Positions 8,264 to 19,183 of a stretch of 32,000 bases of DNA are shown one piece after another. Both the position numbers and the translations under genes were made by a program. Position 1 is the stretch's first letter. Each line of letters begins with the position of its first letter. Under the pieces are notes generated by a model. The model worked only from the letters and a program-made list of their open reading frames with translations, was not told where the DNA came from and searched no databases. Origin of the DNA: Delftia acidovorans NBRC 14950 (GTDB lineage Bacteria; Pseudomonadota; Gammaproteobacteria; Burkholderiales; Burkholderiaceae_C); assembly GCF_001598795.1 (NCBI RefSeq), contig NZ_BCZP01000011.1, positions 198,868 through 230,867 of the forward strand. Reading direction: 5' to 3'.

Positions 8264-8339
8264 TGGAGCGGGAAAACGGGTTCGAACCGTCGACCTCAAC
8301 CTTGGCAAGGTTGCGCTCTACCAACTGAGCTATTCCCGC
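8264..8339 (-). tRNA. tRNA-Gly (GCC), copy 2 of 4
   Basis: 76 nt identical to 6774..6849. Confidence 0.95.
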
Positions 8340-8398
8340 AAAAAATTCAAGCAACCAACCGTCACCTGAATCGGATGTGCACCAGGCACATCCAAAAC

Positions 8399-8474
8399 TG
8401 GAGCGGGAAAACGGGTTCGAACCGTCGACCTCAACCTTGGCAAGGTTGCGCTCTACCAACTGAGCTATTCCCGC
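8399..8474 (-). tRNA. tRNA-Gly (GCC), copy 3 of 4
   Basis: 76 nt identical to 6774..6849. The 59-nt spacer to copy 2 contains the hairpin GGATGTGC-ACCAG-GCACATCC. Confidence 0.95.
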
Positions 8475-8541
8475 TTGAATCATCCATTCTGGCAGCCAAC
8501 CGCCACCAAAACCGAACAAACCCGAAAGCATGTTCAAAATC

Positions 8542-8617
8542 TGGAGCGGGAAAACGGGTTCGAACCGTCGACCTCAACCTTGGCAAGGTTGCGCTCTACC
8601 AACTGAGCTATTCCCGC
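8542..8617 (-). tRNA. tRNA-Gly (GCC), copy 4 of 4 (first transcribed)
   Basis: 76 nt identical to 6774..6849, with a 67-nt spacer to copy 3. Confidence 0.95.
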
Positions 8618-8720
8618 ATTTCCACCGAAGCCTGACATTCTACAACGTCGTTTGCTGCGATGGGATGAATTGTAGCGTAGTTCTTGGAGGGTTCAGGAAA
8701 AACGCTACATTTTTTCATCT

Positions 8721-11135
<2,415 letters not shown>

Positions 11136-11158
11136 GGGAATCCTCGGTTTGTCAGCGG

Positions 11159-11187
11159 AAGATGGTCCGCACACCGGTGTATTTCAA
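11159..11187 (-). promoter_or_regulatory. possible sigma32-type heat-shock promoter for lon
   Basis: The minus strand reads gTTGAAA-N15-gACCATCTT. The E. coli sigma32 consensus is CTTGAAA-N13-17-CCCCATNT. It sits about 25 nt upstream of the lon ATG. The match to the -10 is partial. Confidence 0.35.
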
Positions 11188-11220
11188 CCCTGCGGCCCGA
11201 AAGGATTTCGGGACGCAGGG
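11188..11220 (-). terminator. nested GC hairpin between clpX and lon (attenuator / weak terminator)
   Basis: The minus strand reads CCCTGCG-T-CCCGAAA-TCC-TTTCGGG-C-CGCAGGG followed by TTGAAAT. There is only a short U-tract. Confidence 0.4.
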
Positions 11221-11255
11221 ACTTGCGCTGCCGGACCTTTGCAGGCGGCGGCGCA

Positions 11256-12518
11256 TCAGGCCTTCTTGGCCGCTTCGCGGTAAACCAGCAGCGGCGCCTT
11301 TCCGTCTTCGATGGTGGACTCGTCCACCACTACCTTTTCGACATTGTCGGCATTGGGCAGCTCGTACATGGTGCCGATCAGCGATTGCTCCAGGATGGAG
11401 CGCAGGCCACGGGCACCCGTCTTGCGCGCCAGCGCCTTGCGGGCGATGGCCTTGAGCGCGGCAGGCCGGATCTCCAGCTCCACGCCTTCCATGGCCAGCA
11501 GCTTGCTGTACTGCTTGACCAGGGCGTTCTTGGGCTCGGTCAGGATCTGCACCAGGGCGTCTTCGCCCAGTTCGGCCAGAGCCGTGACCACGGGCATGCG
11601 GCCGACCAGCTCGGGGATGATGCCGAACTTGATCAGATCTTCAGGCTCGATCTCCTGGAACACTTCCGAGATGGAGCGCTGCTTCTTGCTCTTGACCGTG
11701 GCGCCAAAGCCGATGCCCGACGCCTCGGTGCGGTTCTCGATGACCTTCTCCAGGCCCGCGAACGCGCCGCCGCAGATGAACAGGATGTTGGTTGTGTCGA
11801 TCTGCAGGAAGTCCTGGTTCGGATGCTTGCGGCCGCCTTGCGGGGGAACGCTGGCCATGGTGCCTTCGATGAGCTTGAGCAGGGCCTGCTGCACGCCCTC
11901 GCCCGACACGTCCCGCGTGATGCTGGGGTTGTCGGACTTGCGCGAGATCTTGTCGATCTCGTCGATGTAGACGATGCCACGCTGTGCACGCTCGACGTCG
12001 TACTCGCAGCTTTGCAGCAGCTTCTGGATGATGTTCTCGACGTCCTCGCCCACGTAGCCGGCCTCGGTCAGCGTGGTGGCATCGGCCATGACGAAGGGCA
12101 CGTTGAGCATGCGCGCCAGCGTCTGCGCCAGCAGCGTCTTGCCGGAGCCCGTGGGACCGATGAGCAGGATGTTGCTCTTGGCCAGCTCAATCTCATCCTT
12201 GCCGGCCTTGTCCTTGTGACGCAGGCGCTTGTAGTGGTTGTAGACGGCAACGGCCAGCGTGCGCTTGGGCAGGTCCTGGCCGATCACGTAGTTGTCCAGG
12301 TTGGCCTTGATTTCGGCGGGCGTGGGCAGGTCGCCTCGGCCGTCCTTGGCCTCGGTGCTGGGCTGCTCGTCGCGGATGATCTCGTTGCAGAGATCGATGC
12401 ACTCGTCGCAGATAAAGACTGACGGACCCGCGATCAGCTTCTTGACCTCATGCTGGCTCTTGCCGCAGAAGGTGCAATAAAGGTTTTTTTCGCTGGAGGA
12501 GCCTTTTTTCTCGGCCAT
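11256..12518 (-). CDS. clpX: ATP-dependent Clp protease ATP-binding subunit ClpX
   Basis: 420 aa. The N-terminal zinc-binding domain is [32 protein letters not shown]. Walker A is [15 protein letters not shown]. Also present are YVGEDVENI and the IGF-type loop GIGFGA. Confidence 0.97.
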   Translation of the reverse strand: MAEKKGSSSEKNLYCTFCGKSQHEVKKLIAGPSVFICDECIDLCNEIIRDEQPSTEAKDGRGDLPTPAEIKANLDNYVIGQDLPKRTLAVAVYNHYKRLRHKDKAGKDEIELAKSNILLIGPTGSGKTLLAQTLARMLNVPFVMADATTLTEAGYVGEDVENIIQKLLQSCEYDVERAQRGIVYIDEIDKISRKSDNPSITRDVSGEGVQQALLKLIEGTMASVPPQGGRKHPNQDFLQIDTTNILFICGGAFAGLEKVIENRTEASGIGFGATVKSKKQRSISEVFQEIEPEDLIKFGIIPELVGRMPVVTALAELGEDALVQILTEPKNALVKQYSKLLAMEGVELEIRPAALKAIARKALARKTGARGLRSILEQSLIGTMYELPNADNVEKVVVDESTIEDGKAPLLVYREAAKKA

Positions 12519-12560
12519 GGGGTCGGTGCCTTGTTACAGAAATATGGAAAAGGATGATAA

Positions 12561-12601
12561 CCAAATGGAAAGCGGCGTTTTCCGTAGGGGGAAAACGCCG
12601 C
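12561..12601 (-). terminator. hairpin with T-rich tail between clpP and clpX (attenuator/terminator)
   Basis: The minus strand reads GCGGCGTTTTCC-CCCTAC-GGAAAACGCCGC followed by TTTCCATTTGGTT. The stem is a perfect 12 bp. Confidence 0.6.
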
Positions 12602-12625
12602 CCATTCTCATGCAGCCTCCGGACT

Positions 12626-13234
12626 TCAGGAGCGCTTGTTGATCACCTGATCGACCAGGCCGTAGTCCTTGGCTTCCTCGGCGGACAGGAAGTAGTCGCG
12701 CTCGGTGTCGTGCTGGATCTTTTCCAGCGGCTGGCCCGTGCGCTCGGCCAGGATCTTGTTCAGGCGCTCGCGGGTCTTGAGGATCTCGCGGGCGTGGATT
12801 TCGATCTCGGTGGCCTGGCCCTGCATGCCGCCCAACGGCTGGTGGATCATGACCTGGGAATTGGGCAGCGCAAAGCGCTTGCCCTTGGTGCCAGCGGCCA
12901 GCAGGAAGGCGCCCATGCTGGCTGCGATGCCGGTGCACAGCGTGGACACATCGGGCTTGATGAAGTTCATCGTGTCGAAGATGGCCAGGCCGGCGCTCAC
13001 GGAGCCGCCGGGGCTGTTGATGTAGAACGAAATGTCCTTGTCGGGGTTTTCGCTTTCAAGGAACAGCAGCTGGGCCACGACGAGGTTGGCCGTCTGGTCA
13101 TTGACAGGGCCCACCAGGAAGATCACCCGGTCCTTGAGCAGGCGCGAGTAGATGTCGTACGACCGCTCTCCGCGGCCGGACTGTTCGATGACCATTGGGA
13201 TCATGCCCAAACCCTGAGTTTCCAATGCGCTCAT
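12626..13234 (-). CDS. clpP: ATP-dependent Clp protease proteolytic subunit ClpP
   Basis: 202 aa. It contains [29 protein letters not shown], the catalytic Ser block [13 protein letters not shown], and the His block VMIHQPLGG. Confidence 0.97.
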   Translation of the reverse strand: MSALETQGLGMIPMVIEQSGRGERSYDIYSRLLKDRVIFLVGPVNDQTANLVVAQLLFLESENPDKDISFYINSPGGSVSAGLAIFDTMNFIKPDVSTLCTGIAASMGAFLLAAGTKGKRFALPNSQVMIHQPLGGMQGQATEIEIHAREILKTRERLNKILAERTGQPLEKIQHDTERDYFLSAEEAKDYGLVDQVINKRS

Positions 13235-13271
13235 GTTTTCTCCAGTACTAGGGGGCTACTTTAGCCGTATC

Positions 13272-13311
13272 CGGAAAGAAAATGGGGCTTGTGCGCCAAA
13301 GCACAAGCCCC
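13272..13311 (-). terminator. rho-independent terminator/attenuator between tig and clpP
   Basis: The minus strand reads GGGGCTTGTGC-TTTGGC-GCACAAGCCCC followed by ATTTTCTTTCC. The stem is a perfect 11 bp. Confidence 0.75.
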
Positions 13312-13369
13312 GCAGATGCCAACCCGCCCGCCGATCTCACGAAGCGGCAGGCAGGCGGTGCTCAAACCC

Positions 13370-14680
13370 TCAGGCCTGGCCCATCAGTTCGTCGAAGGAC
13401 ACGGCCTTGTCGGAGACCTTGGCCTTGCCCAGCACGAACTCGGTCACGTTGTTTTCGATGACAACGGCTTCGACTTCAGCCAGGCGTTGGCGGTCGCCGA
13501 AGTACCAGCGTGCCACGTCTTCGGGCTTTTCGTAGCTGGCGGCCAGCTCTTCCACGTGGGCCTTGATCTGGTCGGGCGTGGCGTGCAGCTCGTTGGCACG
13601 CACCAGCTCGGCTACCACCAGGCCCAGGCGCACGCGGCGCTCGGCTTGGGGCAGGAACACGTCTTCAGGGATCTCAGCCTTCTCGGCGTCCTTGATACCG
13701 CGCTGCTGCAGCTCGGCGCGGGCGCCTTCCAGCAGACGGGCGACTTCAGCCTGCACCGAAGCCTTGGGCAGTTCCAGCTCGGCCTTGGACACCAGGGCGT
13801 CCATCACAGCCTGCTTGTTGCGGCCCTGGACGCGGAACTTGACTTCACGCTCCAGGTTCTTCTTGATGTCGGCGCGCAGGCCTTCGACCGTGCCTTCAGC
13901 CACGCCCAGTGCCTTGGCAAAGGCCTCGTCCACTTCGGGCAGGTTGGCGGCTTCGATCTTCTTGACCGTCACCAGGAAGTCAGCGGTCTTGCCGGCCACG
14001 TCCTTGCCGTGGTAGTCGGCGGGGAATGCCAGCGGGAAGGTCTTGGACTCGCCAGCCTTCATGCCGCGCACTGCGTCTTCGAATTCCTTGAGCATCTGGC
14101 CTTCGCCGACCAGGAACTGGAAGTCTTCAGCCTTGCCGCCGGAGAAGGTCTCGCCGTCGATCTTGCCTTCGAAGTCCACGGTCACGCGGTCGCCGTCCAC
14201 GGCCACATCGGCCTGGGCGCGCTGCGCGAAGGTGCGGCGCTGCTTGCGCAGGATGTCCACGGTCTTGTCGATGGCGGCGTCGTCCACTTCGGCGGTCAGC
14301 TTCTCGACTTCGGCCGAGGTCAGGTCACCGATCTTGACTTCAGGCATCACTTCGAAGATGGCTTCGAACTGGGCCTCGCCCTCGGGAGCGCCTTCCTTTT
14401 CGGAGATGCGGGGCTGGCCAGCCACGCGCAGCTTGGCTTCGTTGACGGCCTGTGCAAAAGCCTCGCCAACCTTGTCGTTGAGCACTTCGTACTGCACCGA
14501 GTAGCCATAACGCTGGGCCACCACACTCATCGGCACCTTGCCGGGACGGAAGCCGTCCATCTTCACGGTGCGCGCCACTTGCTTGAGGCGGTTCTCGACT
14601 TCGCTCTGGATGGAGTTCAGGGGCAGGCTCAGCGTGATCTTGCGCTCGAGCTTTTCAAGGGTTTCAACAGTAACGGCCAT
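13370..14680 (-). CDS. tig: trigger factor (ribosome-associated PPIase chaperone)
   Basis: The track ORF is 13370..14755. I place the start at ATG 14680 ([20 protein letters not shown]) with AGGAA upstream, giving 436 aa. It contains the ribosome-binding motif GFRPGKVP and the FKBP-type middle domain ([22 protein letters not shown]). Confidence 0.95.
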   Translation of the reverse strand: MAVTVETLEKLERKITLSLPLNSIQSEVENRLKQVARTVKMDGFRPGKVPMSVVAQRYGYSVQYEVLNDKVGEAFAQAVNEAKLRVAGQPRISEKEGAPEGEAQFEAIFEVMPEVKIGDLTSAEVEKLTAEVDDAAIDKTVDILRKQRRTFAQRAQADVAVDGDRVTVDFEGKIDGETFSGGKAEDFQFLVGEGQMLKEFEDAVRGMKAGESKTFPLAFPADYHGKDVAGKTADFLVTVKKIEAANLPEVDEAFAKALGVAEGTVEGLRADIKKNLEREVKFRVQGRNKQAVMDALVSKAELELPKASVQAEVARLLEGARAELQQRGIKDAEKAEIPEDVFLPQAERRVRLGLVVAELVRANELHATPDQIKAHVEELAASYEKPEDVARWYFGDRQRLAEVEAVVIENNVTEFVLGKAKVSDKAVSFDELMGQA

Positions 14681-14871
14681 GTTTGTTCCTATGAGGGATT
14701 GGACCGTGCCGGCTGACATGCAGCCCGCACCGTATTGCGCAAAGTCACGGTGCATCGCGGACCGAAGCCAGTCGGCCGCGCGGCACCTCAGATTTCAAGG
14801 GCTTACATCGCATGCGCCTGGCCGCCTGGACCTCGCATGGTTCGCTCAACCCGTGATAAGCGAAGCCAAGT

Positions 14872-14901
14872 ATTATAAACGAGGCGCTTTTCCCATCAGA
14901 A
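14872..14901 (-). promoter_or_regulatory. possible sigma70 promoter for tig (perfect -10 TATAAT)
   Basis: The minus strand reads TTCTGA-N18-TATAAT, with the -10 at 14872..14877. This implies a leader of about 185 nt. The -35 is weak. Confidence 0.3.
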
Positions 14902-15019
14902 AGGCCGCATTGGGGATTTGCCCTCGGTTTTCAGTGTGCGGCGGCAGCGCGGGGACCGCGCCTCCCCGCAGCACGACCCAGTTACCCGGTCACCCTGCAT
15001 CGAAGCCCTGGCGCACCCC

Positions 15020-15256
15020 TTAGATATCAATGAGCACATAGGTCAATTGAGGGGCTTCACCCGTGATCGCCTGCCCCTGGACATAGACGCTGCCGCCCTC
15101 CTGGCTGCCCAGGGGATTGCGTACGCGCAATCGGCCATTGCCAGGCAGATCGACCGTGGCTGTTCCGTCGCCATGCACCGCGCTGATCCGCCCGGTGAGC
15201 ACAGGCTCGTCAGGCAACAGTTGGACAAGACGCTTGAAGAGATTGACAGAGGTCAT
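15020..15256 (-). CDS. small phage protein (78 aa), last gene of the tail operon
   Basis: These are the terminal 78 codons of track ORF 15020..16144 (MTSVNLFKRLVQLLPDEPVLTGRISAVHGDGTATVDLPGNGRLRVRN...). The ATG overlaps the stop of the upstream gene (ATGA at 15253..15256). The sequence looks beta-rich and OB-like. It has noticeably more T-ending codons than its neighbours. Confidence 0.55.
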   Translation of the reverse strand: MTSVNLFKRLVQLLPDEPVLTGRISAVHGDGTATVDLPGNGRLRVRNPLGSQEGGSVYVQGQAITGEAPQLTYVLIDI

Positions 15257-17157
15257 ACGGTTGCGCGCTCCACGGTAATCTGCTGCCGCACCACGGGCAT
15301 GGCAGCGCTGAGACGGGTTCCACGGACCAGGCCGCGCCAGGATTCGTCGGTATCGACGACTTCGATCAATTGGCCGGGCCGGATCAGGCCTGGTGCCGTC
15401 CCACCGGAAAGCAAGGGCATGGTGATGGACTGGACCAGCTTGCTGCCCGATGCTCCCAGCACGGCCTCGCCACGCTGGCGTGCAGCCACGGCCTCGGTGA
15501 TCAGGGCATCCGTGACCTGGGGAGCCAGCCTGTTGCCAGCCGTCCCGGCCCGGCGCACGTGGCCGAGGATGCCGCCCGCCTGGCCGCTGACATAGATCGC
15601 GTTGTAGGCGGCACGCGGCTCGGGCCGCAGCTCGTCCGTCACGATGACGTCCGCCGGCATGCGCACGTCCGGCGTCGCATCCGCCCACTTCCATGGCAGA
15701 TGTGCGAAGCGCGGCGCGACGATCAGGCGCTCCTGCGTACGATGGCTGCTCACCACCGCGCCAATCGAAGCAGCCACACGCATCACGGCCGACAACGGCG
15801 TGCCACGGTGGCTCCAGGCGCCGGCCGGCACCAGCCAGTCCGACACCTTCCAGTCCAGCTGCACGCCGGTGAACTCCAGCGCATTGCGGATCAGTTGCTG
15901 CGCCGTGGCCGGCGCCGTGTTCAGCCAGGTCTGCTCCGGCATGTAGGGACTGCTCAGCAAGGCGGTGGCACTCACGCCCTGTACGGCCACGCGGTGGTTG
16001 CCGAAGCTGCGCGTGCGGCTCAGGCTTTGTACGACAAAGACGAAGTCGATGCCATCGACCACCACGCGCAGCCGTGCAGGCAGTCCCCCGGACGGCGCCA
16101 GTTGATCCAGCAGGTGTTCCGGACCATTGGCCGAAAAGCTCCATCCGAAGCCGTCGTCATCGCTGGCGATCGTCACATCGCTCAGCGCAACGGCTTCCAT
16201 GCCCGGCAGCAGGGCTGCCTCCATCGTGTGTACTGTCATGTAAACCTTCAGTTGCGGGATGACATAGCGGGGTGGTTGGGGATCCGTGCCCGGCCTGCAG
16301 CAGATGAACACGAGTTCGGAGCTTTCGCTCCAGACGCTCGAGAACGCCAGCTCGACGGCCCCACCCGGCGGCGGCCGATAGCACGGTGGCGGCTTGGGCG
16401 GATCGACAGAGCGGCCCGGCGTGACGCCTGGCAGCGGCGCCATGGCGTCCTGATGGCGGGCACCGCCCATCACGATGCCCAGCACCCGGGCATCGCCCAT
16501 GCTGCTGGCGTGCCAGGCACCTTCGCAGAGGCCGTCGGTGAAAGCCTGCCGCATGGCACGGCGCAAAATGATGCCCTCCTGGAACCTCTGCAGCACAACC
16601 GCCTGGCCAGCCAGTGCGTTGGCCAGGCCCTGGCGCGTGGCCAGGCGCAAGCGCGTACCCTCTTGCCAGGCCTGGGCCGTGAGTCCCCCCACGTCCATGG
16701 CAAAGCCCATGCCTTGGCGCGTGGTCAGGCGCAGGCGCGCCGAGTCCTGCCAGCGCTGCACGGCGGCCGCGCCTGCGTGCAGCGCTCGCCAACCGCGAAT
16801 CTGCGTGACCCTGTCGGCAATGGCTGCCTGCTGGTAGACAGACACCAGGCCGCCCTGTGCCGGGGCGGCCTCTTCAAATCCCGACAATGTGCCCCCCACG
16901 GCCGGCCTGTCGGTGCGCGTCTGGTACGCCGCTCCAAGCGCCATGCGCGCCCCAGGCAGGCGAATGCCGGCGCCAGCGGTCTTGCGACGCAAGGCACCGA
17001 TGGCCACGCTCGTCCCCGGCAGCCGGATGGCCATCCGTGCGACTGCGTCCTGAGTCGAGCCCGGGTCCGGGCCCGAATCGTCCTCGTTGCCGAACACCAT
17101 CTGGCTGGGTGAGCCAGCGGCCCGTGGGCGATGGAAGATCAGCTCAATGCGTGCCAT
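15253..17157 (-). CDS. phage tail-tip protein (634 aa): repeat-rich Arg/Ala N-terminal half, globular C-terminal half
   Basis: This is a full-length track ORF whose ATG lies 4 nt after the upstream stop. It has three ~29-aa repeats, Q(R/A)(W/F)Q(D/E)..RLRL.TRQG. A Pro-rich linker PPKPPPCYRPPPGG follows. The C-terminal ~330 aa look well-behaved and globular. Confidence 0.7.
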   Translation of the reverse strand: MARIELIFHRPRAAGSPSQMVFGNEDDSGPDPGSTQDAVARMAIRLPGTSVAIGALRRKTAGAGIRLPGARMALGAAYQTRTDRPAVGGTLSGFEEAAPAQGGLVSVYQQAAIADRVTQIRGWRALHAGAAAVQRWQDSARLRLTTRQGMGFAMDVGGLTAQAWQEGTRLRLATRQGLANALAGQAVVLQRFQEGIILRRAMRQAFTDGLCEGAWHASSMGDARVLGIVMGGARHQDAMAPLPGVTPGRSVDPPKPPPCYRPPPGGAVELAFSSVWSESSELVFICCRPGTDPQPPRYVIPQLKVYMTVHTMEAALLPGMEAVALSDVTIASDDDGFGWSFSANGPEHLLDQLAPSGGLPARLRVVVDGIDFVFVVQSLSRTRSFGNHRVAVQGVSATALLSSPYMPEQTWLNTAPATAQQLIRNALEFTGVQLDWKVSDWLVPAGAWSHRGTPLSAVMRVAASIGAVVSSHRTQERLIVAPRFAHLPWKWADATPDVRMPADVIVTDELRPEPRAAYNAIYVSGQAGGILGHVRRAGTAGNRLAPQVTDALITEAVAARQRGEAVLGASGSKLVQSITMPLLSGGTAPGLIRPGQLIEVVDTDESWRGLVRGTRLSAAMPVVRQQITVERATV

Positions 17158-17161
17158 GGCG

Positions 17162-17581
17162 CTACTCGATGTAGCTGGTTAGTGCCAGCGTCAGATAGCC
17201 GCCCGCGTACAGCTGGGTGCTGTCCGGGATCTGGATCTGGCCCTCGCCACCTTCGATCGACACATCCGCGTCGAGCACCAGCGCACCGCTGGCCGAGACG
17301 ACGCGGCCCCAGGTGGCGATGCCGGACTCCAGGATCATGGCGCCGGCCGCATCACGGGCCAGCAGCCGCAGCCGGCCGGCCACGATCTCGCCACAGGGTC
17401 TGGCCAGCGGCAGCTCCACCAGCATGGGCAGGGCCGAGGGCTCGCCGAAGGCGGGCCGCTGGGCGTCCGCAAAGAAGCGCACGCAGGCCGTGCCCGGACC
17501 CACGTCCAGCAGCAGATCGCGCAGGCCCTGCAAGCGGGCCTCGTTGGCCTGCACCGTGATTTCAACACTGCGCTGTGTCAT
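17162..17581 (-). CDS. phage tail-associated hypothetical protein (139 aa)
   Basis: Track ORF. The start overlaps the upstream stop (ATGA at 17578..17581). I recognise no motif. Confidence 0.65.
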   Translation of the reverse strand: MTQRSVEITVQANEARLQGLRDLLLDVGPGTACVRFFADAQRPAFGEPSALPMLVELPLARPCGEIVAGRLRLLARDAAGAMILESGIATWGRVVSASGALVLDADVSIEGGEGQIQIPDSTQLYAGGYLTLALTSYIE

Positions 17582-17973
17582 GGCATGGCCTCCGGCGTGA
17601 CGCGGTCGGCGACCACGGCGCGGAAGTCGCCCTCATGGTCGTAGCTGAGCACGGTGTATGCAATGGTGCTGTCGATGCGCGGGAAGTCGTACTCGCCCTG
17701 GGCATTGCTCCAGGCCTCGCGGATCAGCAGACCATCGCGGTCGCGGTACAGCCGCACGCGGCGCGAGACAGGCACCTTGGGGCTGTTCTTGTCTTGCTGC
17801 TCGACAGTGCGGCCGCGCACTCGGCCCCGGCCGTTGCCGCCGAGCACGAAGTCCAGTTGACCGGCGCTGAGTGCGCGCACCAGCCGGGCAGTCCCGAGGT
17901 AGATTTCTCGCCCCCCTACCCCTACCACAGCTGTAGGCCCAAGCAAGGTGACTCGATACGTTACTTCCGCCAT
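17578..17973 (-). CDS. phage tail-associated protein (131 aa), beta-sandwich-like C-terminus
   Basis: The track ORF 17578..17988 begins at a TTG. I prefer ATG 17973 (MAEVTYRV...), 5 nt after the upstream stop. The C-terminal pattern RVRLYRDRDGLLIREAWSNAQGEYDFPRID..YTVLSYD resembles carboxypeptidase-regulatory/transthyretin-like folds. This is inference. Confidence 0.6.
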   Translation of the reverse strand: MAEVTYRVTLLGPTAVVGVGGREIYLGTARLVRALSAGQLDFVLGGNGRGRVRGRTVEQQDKNSPKVPVSRRVRLYRDRDGLLIREAWSNAQGEYDFPRIDSTIAYTVLSYDHEGDFRAVVADRVTPEAMP

Positions 17974-17978
17974 AGCTG

Positions 17979-19166
17979 TTACCGCCAAGGGCCAGTGATA
18001 TCGACAAAACCGTAACCTGCAGGCCCCCCTGCAACCGTCGAATGCGGCGATGCGAGCAGGCGTCGTCCGGTCCCCTCCTCAATGAGATAGGTATCCCGCT
18101 CGAAGTACGCCGTCAGCCCCCCTTGAGGCACATATCGGATGCCTGGCACCAAAGCTCGCGGGGTACCGGTGGAAGCCGGAGAGTTGTCCACAAAGGTGCG
18201 CGAGAACTTGAGCTCCCCATCCACTTCACTTGGGAAAGTGCCGAGAGCAGTGTCTGCGCCGGAACCAGAACTTGAAGTTCCGATATAGCTGAAGTAGCGA
18301 GGATTCACGCCACTGCCTAGCCCTGTCATCGCCCTCGGCATGAAGAATGTCGTTGCGCTGGAGTACTCAAGAGATCCCACATTTGGATTTGAATAGGCGG
18401 TCGATTCCGAACCAGCCCCCGAAATCACACAGGCGAATGCATCACCGGCACGCCGCAACGCCAGCAGGTCACCAAAACAGCGAGAGCCACCGCCGGTGTT
18501 GGTCACGGTGCCCGACGAACCAGTGGCAACGTTCTCGAAGAAGAAGCGCGCATCGCCAGCCAGGCTCCAGCGCACAGCATTTGTATTTGCTGACACACTC
18601 TTGCCCCACCAGATGCCTGTGGCTGCTTGGGCCGTCGTCGGAAACGGGCCTTGGCCCACATCGATGGCCGACATGCTCTCGTAACCGCGCATCGCGGTCC
18701 CCCGGGCATTGCGGTCATCGACATAGAGGTACATGCCATAGCTTTGCGGATCGGTTGAGCGATACACGGCCTGGTTGGTCCCTGAAAACGGCTTGGCCCA
18801 GCCCAGCGGCGCATACTTGAACGTGATGCCCGCGCCCGTGTCCACGCCATCGGGCGCGGCCGTGCGGAACTTGAACACGCCGCCGCCCGACTCGGACACA
18901 CGCTGCTCGCCATTGAGCAAGGCCTGCGCGGCACCCTCGATCAGCAGCACGCTGTCCGGCGGCGGCGGCAGTGCCGCACTCACGGAAAACTCCACAGTGG
19001 CGACGCCGGCCGCCACCGTGACGCGCGTGGCCGCGCGCAGGCCGAAGCCCGTGACGAGGCAGGCATCGAGCACGGCGATCTTGCTGCCGGCCTGGCCGTT
19101 TTGCACGGGCGCACCGTACATCGTTGAGAGGAAGTGTTTGACGCTGGTATCGACAAGGGATGCCAT
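17979..19166 (-). CDS. putative receptor-binding / tail fibre-like protein (395 aa) with low-GC C-terminal module
   Basis: The track ORF is 17979..19328. I place the start at ATG 19166 (MASLVDTSVKHFL...) with GGAG upstream, 18 nt after the upstream stop. The C-terminal part is Gly/Ser-rich, and GC drops to 52-58% over 18180..18480. Confidence 0.6.
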   Translation of the reverse strand: MASLVDTSVKHFLSTMYGAPVQNGQAGSKIAVLDACLVTGFGLRAATRVTVAAGVATVEFSVSAALPPPPDSVLLIEGAAQALLNGEQRVSESGGGVFKFRTAAPDGVDTGAGITFKYAPLGWAKPFSGTNQAVYRSTDPQSYGMYLYVDDRNARGTAMRGYESMSAIDVGQGPFPTTAQAATGIWWGKSVSANTNAVRWSLAGDARFFFENVATGSSGTVTNTGGGSRCFGDLLALRRAGDAFACVISGAGSESTAYSNPNVGSLEYSSATTFFMPRAMTGLGSGVNPRYFSYIGTSSSGSGADTALGTFPSEVDGELKFSRTFVDNSPASTGTPRALVPGIRYVPQGGLTAYFERDTYLIEEGTGRRLLASPHSTVAGGPAGYGFVDITGPWR

Positions 19167-19183
19167 AAGTGATCTCCAAAAAA

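Noticed and set aside
8264-8617. Three evenly spaced identical 76-nt repeats with 59- and 67-nt unique spacers, superficially like a CRISPR array
   Set aside because: The repeat unit folds as a complete tRNA-Gly(GCC) with acceptor, D, anticodon and T arms and an encoded CCA. No cas genes are present.
14934-14960. TGTGCGGCGGCAGCG... as a possible Mu-type transposon end (Mu ends begin TG; the Mu R-end starts TGAAGCGGCGCACG)
   Set aside because: The resemblance rests on a GCGGCG core that is common in this GC-rich DNA. No repeated transposase-binding sites are visible, and the other end and any target duplication lie outside the window. I keep it only as something to test when the empty site is known.
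15020-16144. 374-aa minus-strand ORF overlapping the 634-aa tail gene in another frame
   Set aside because: Only its last 78 codons (15020..15256) look like protein, and these begin exactly at an ATGA overlap with the 634-aa gene. The upstream 296 codons are Arg/Gly/Ala junk overlapping a better ORF.
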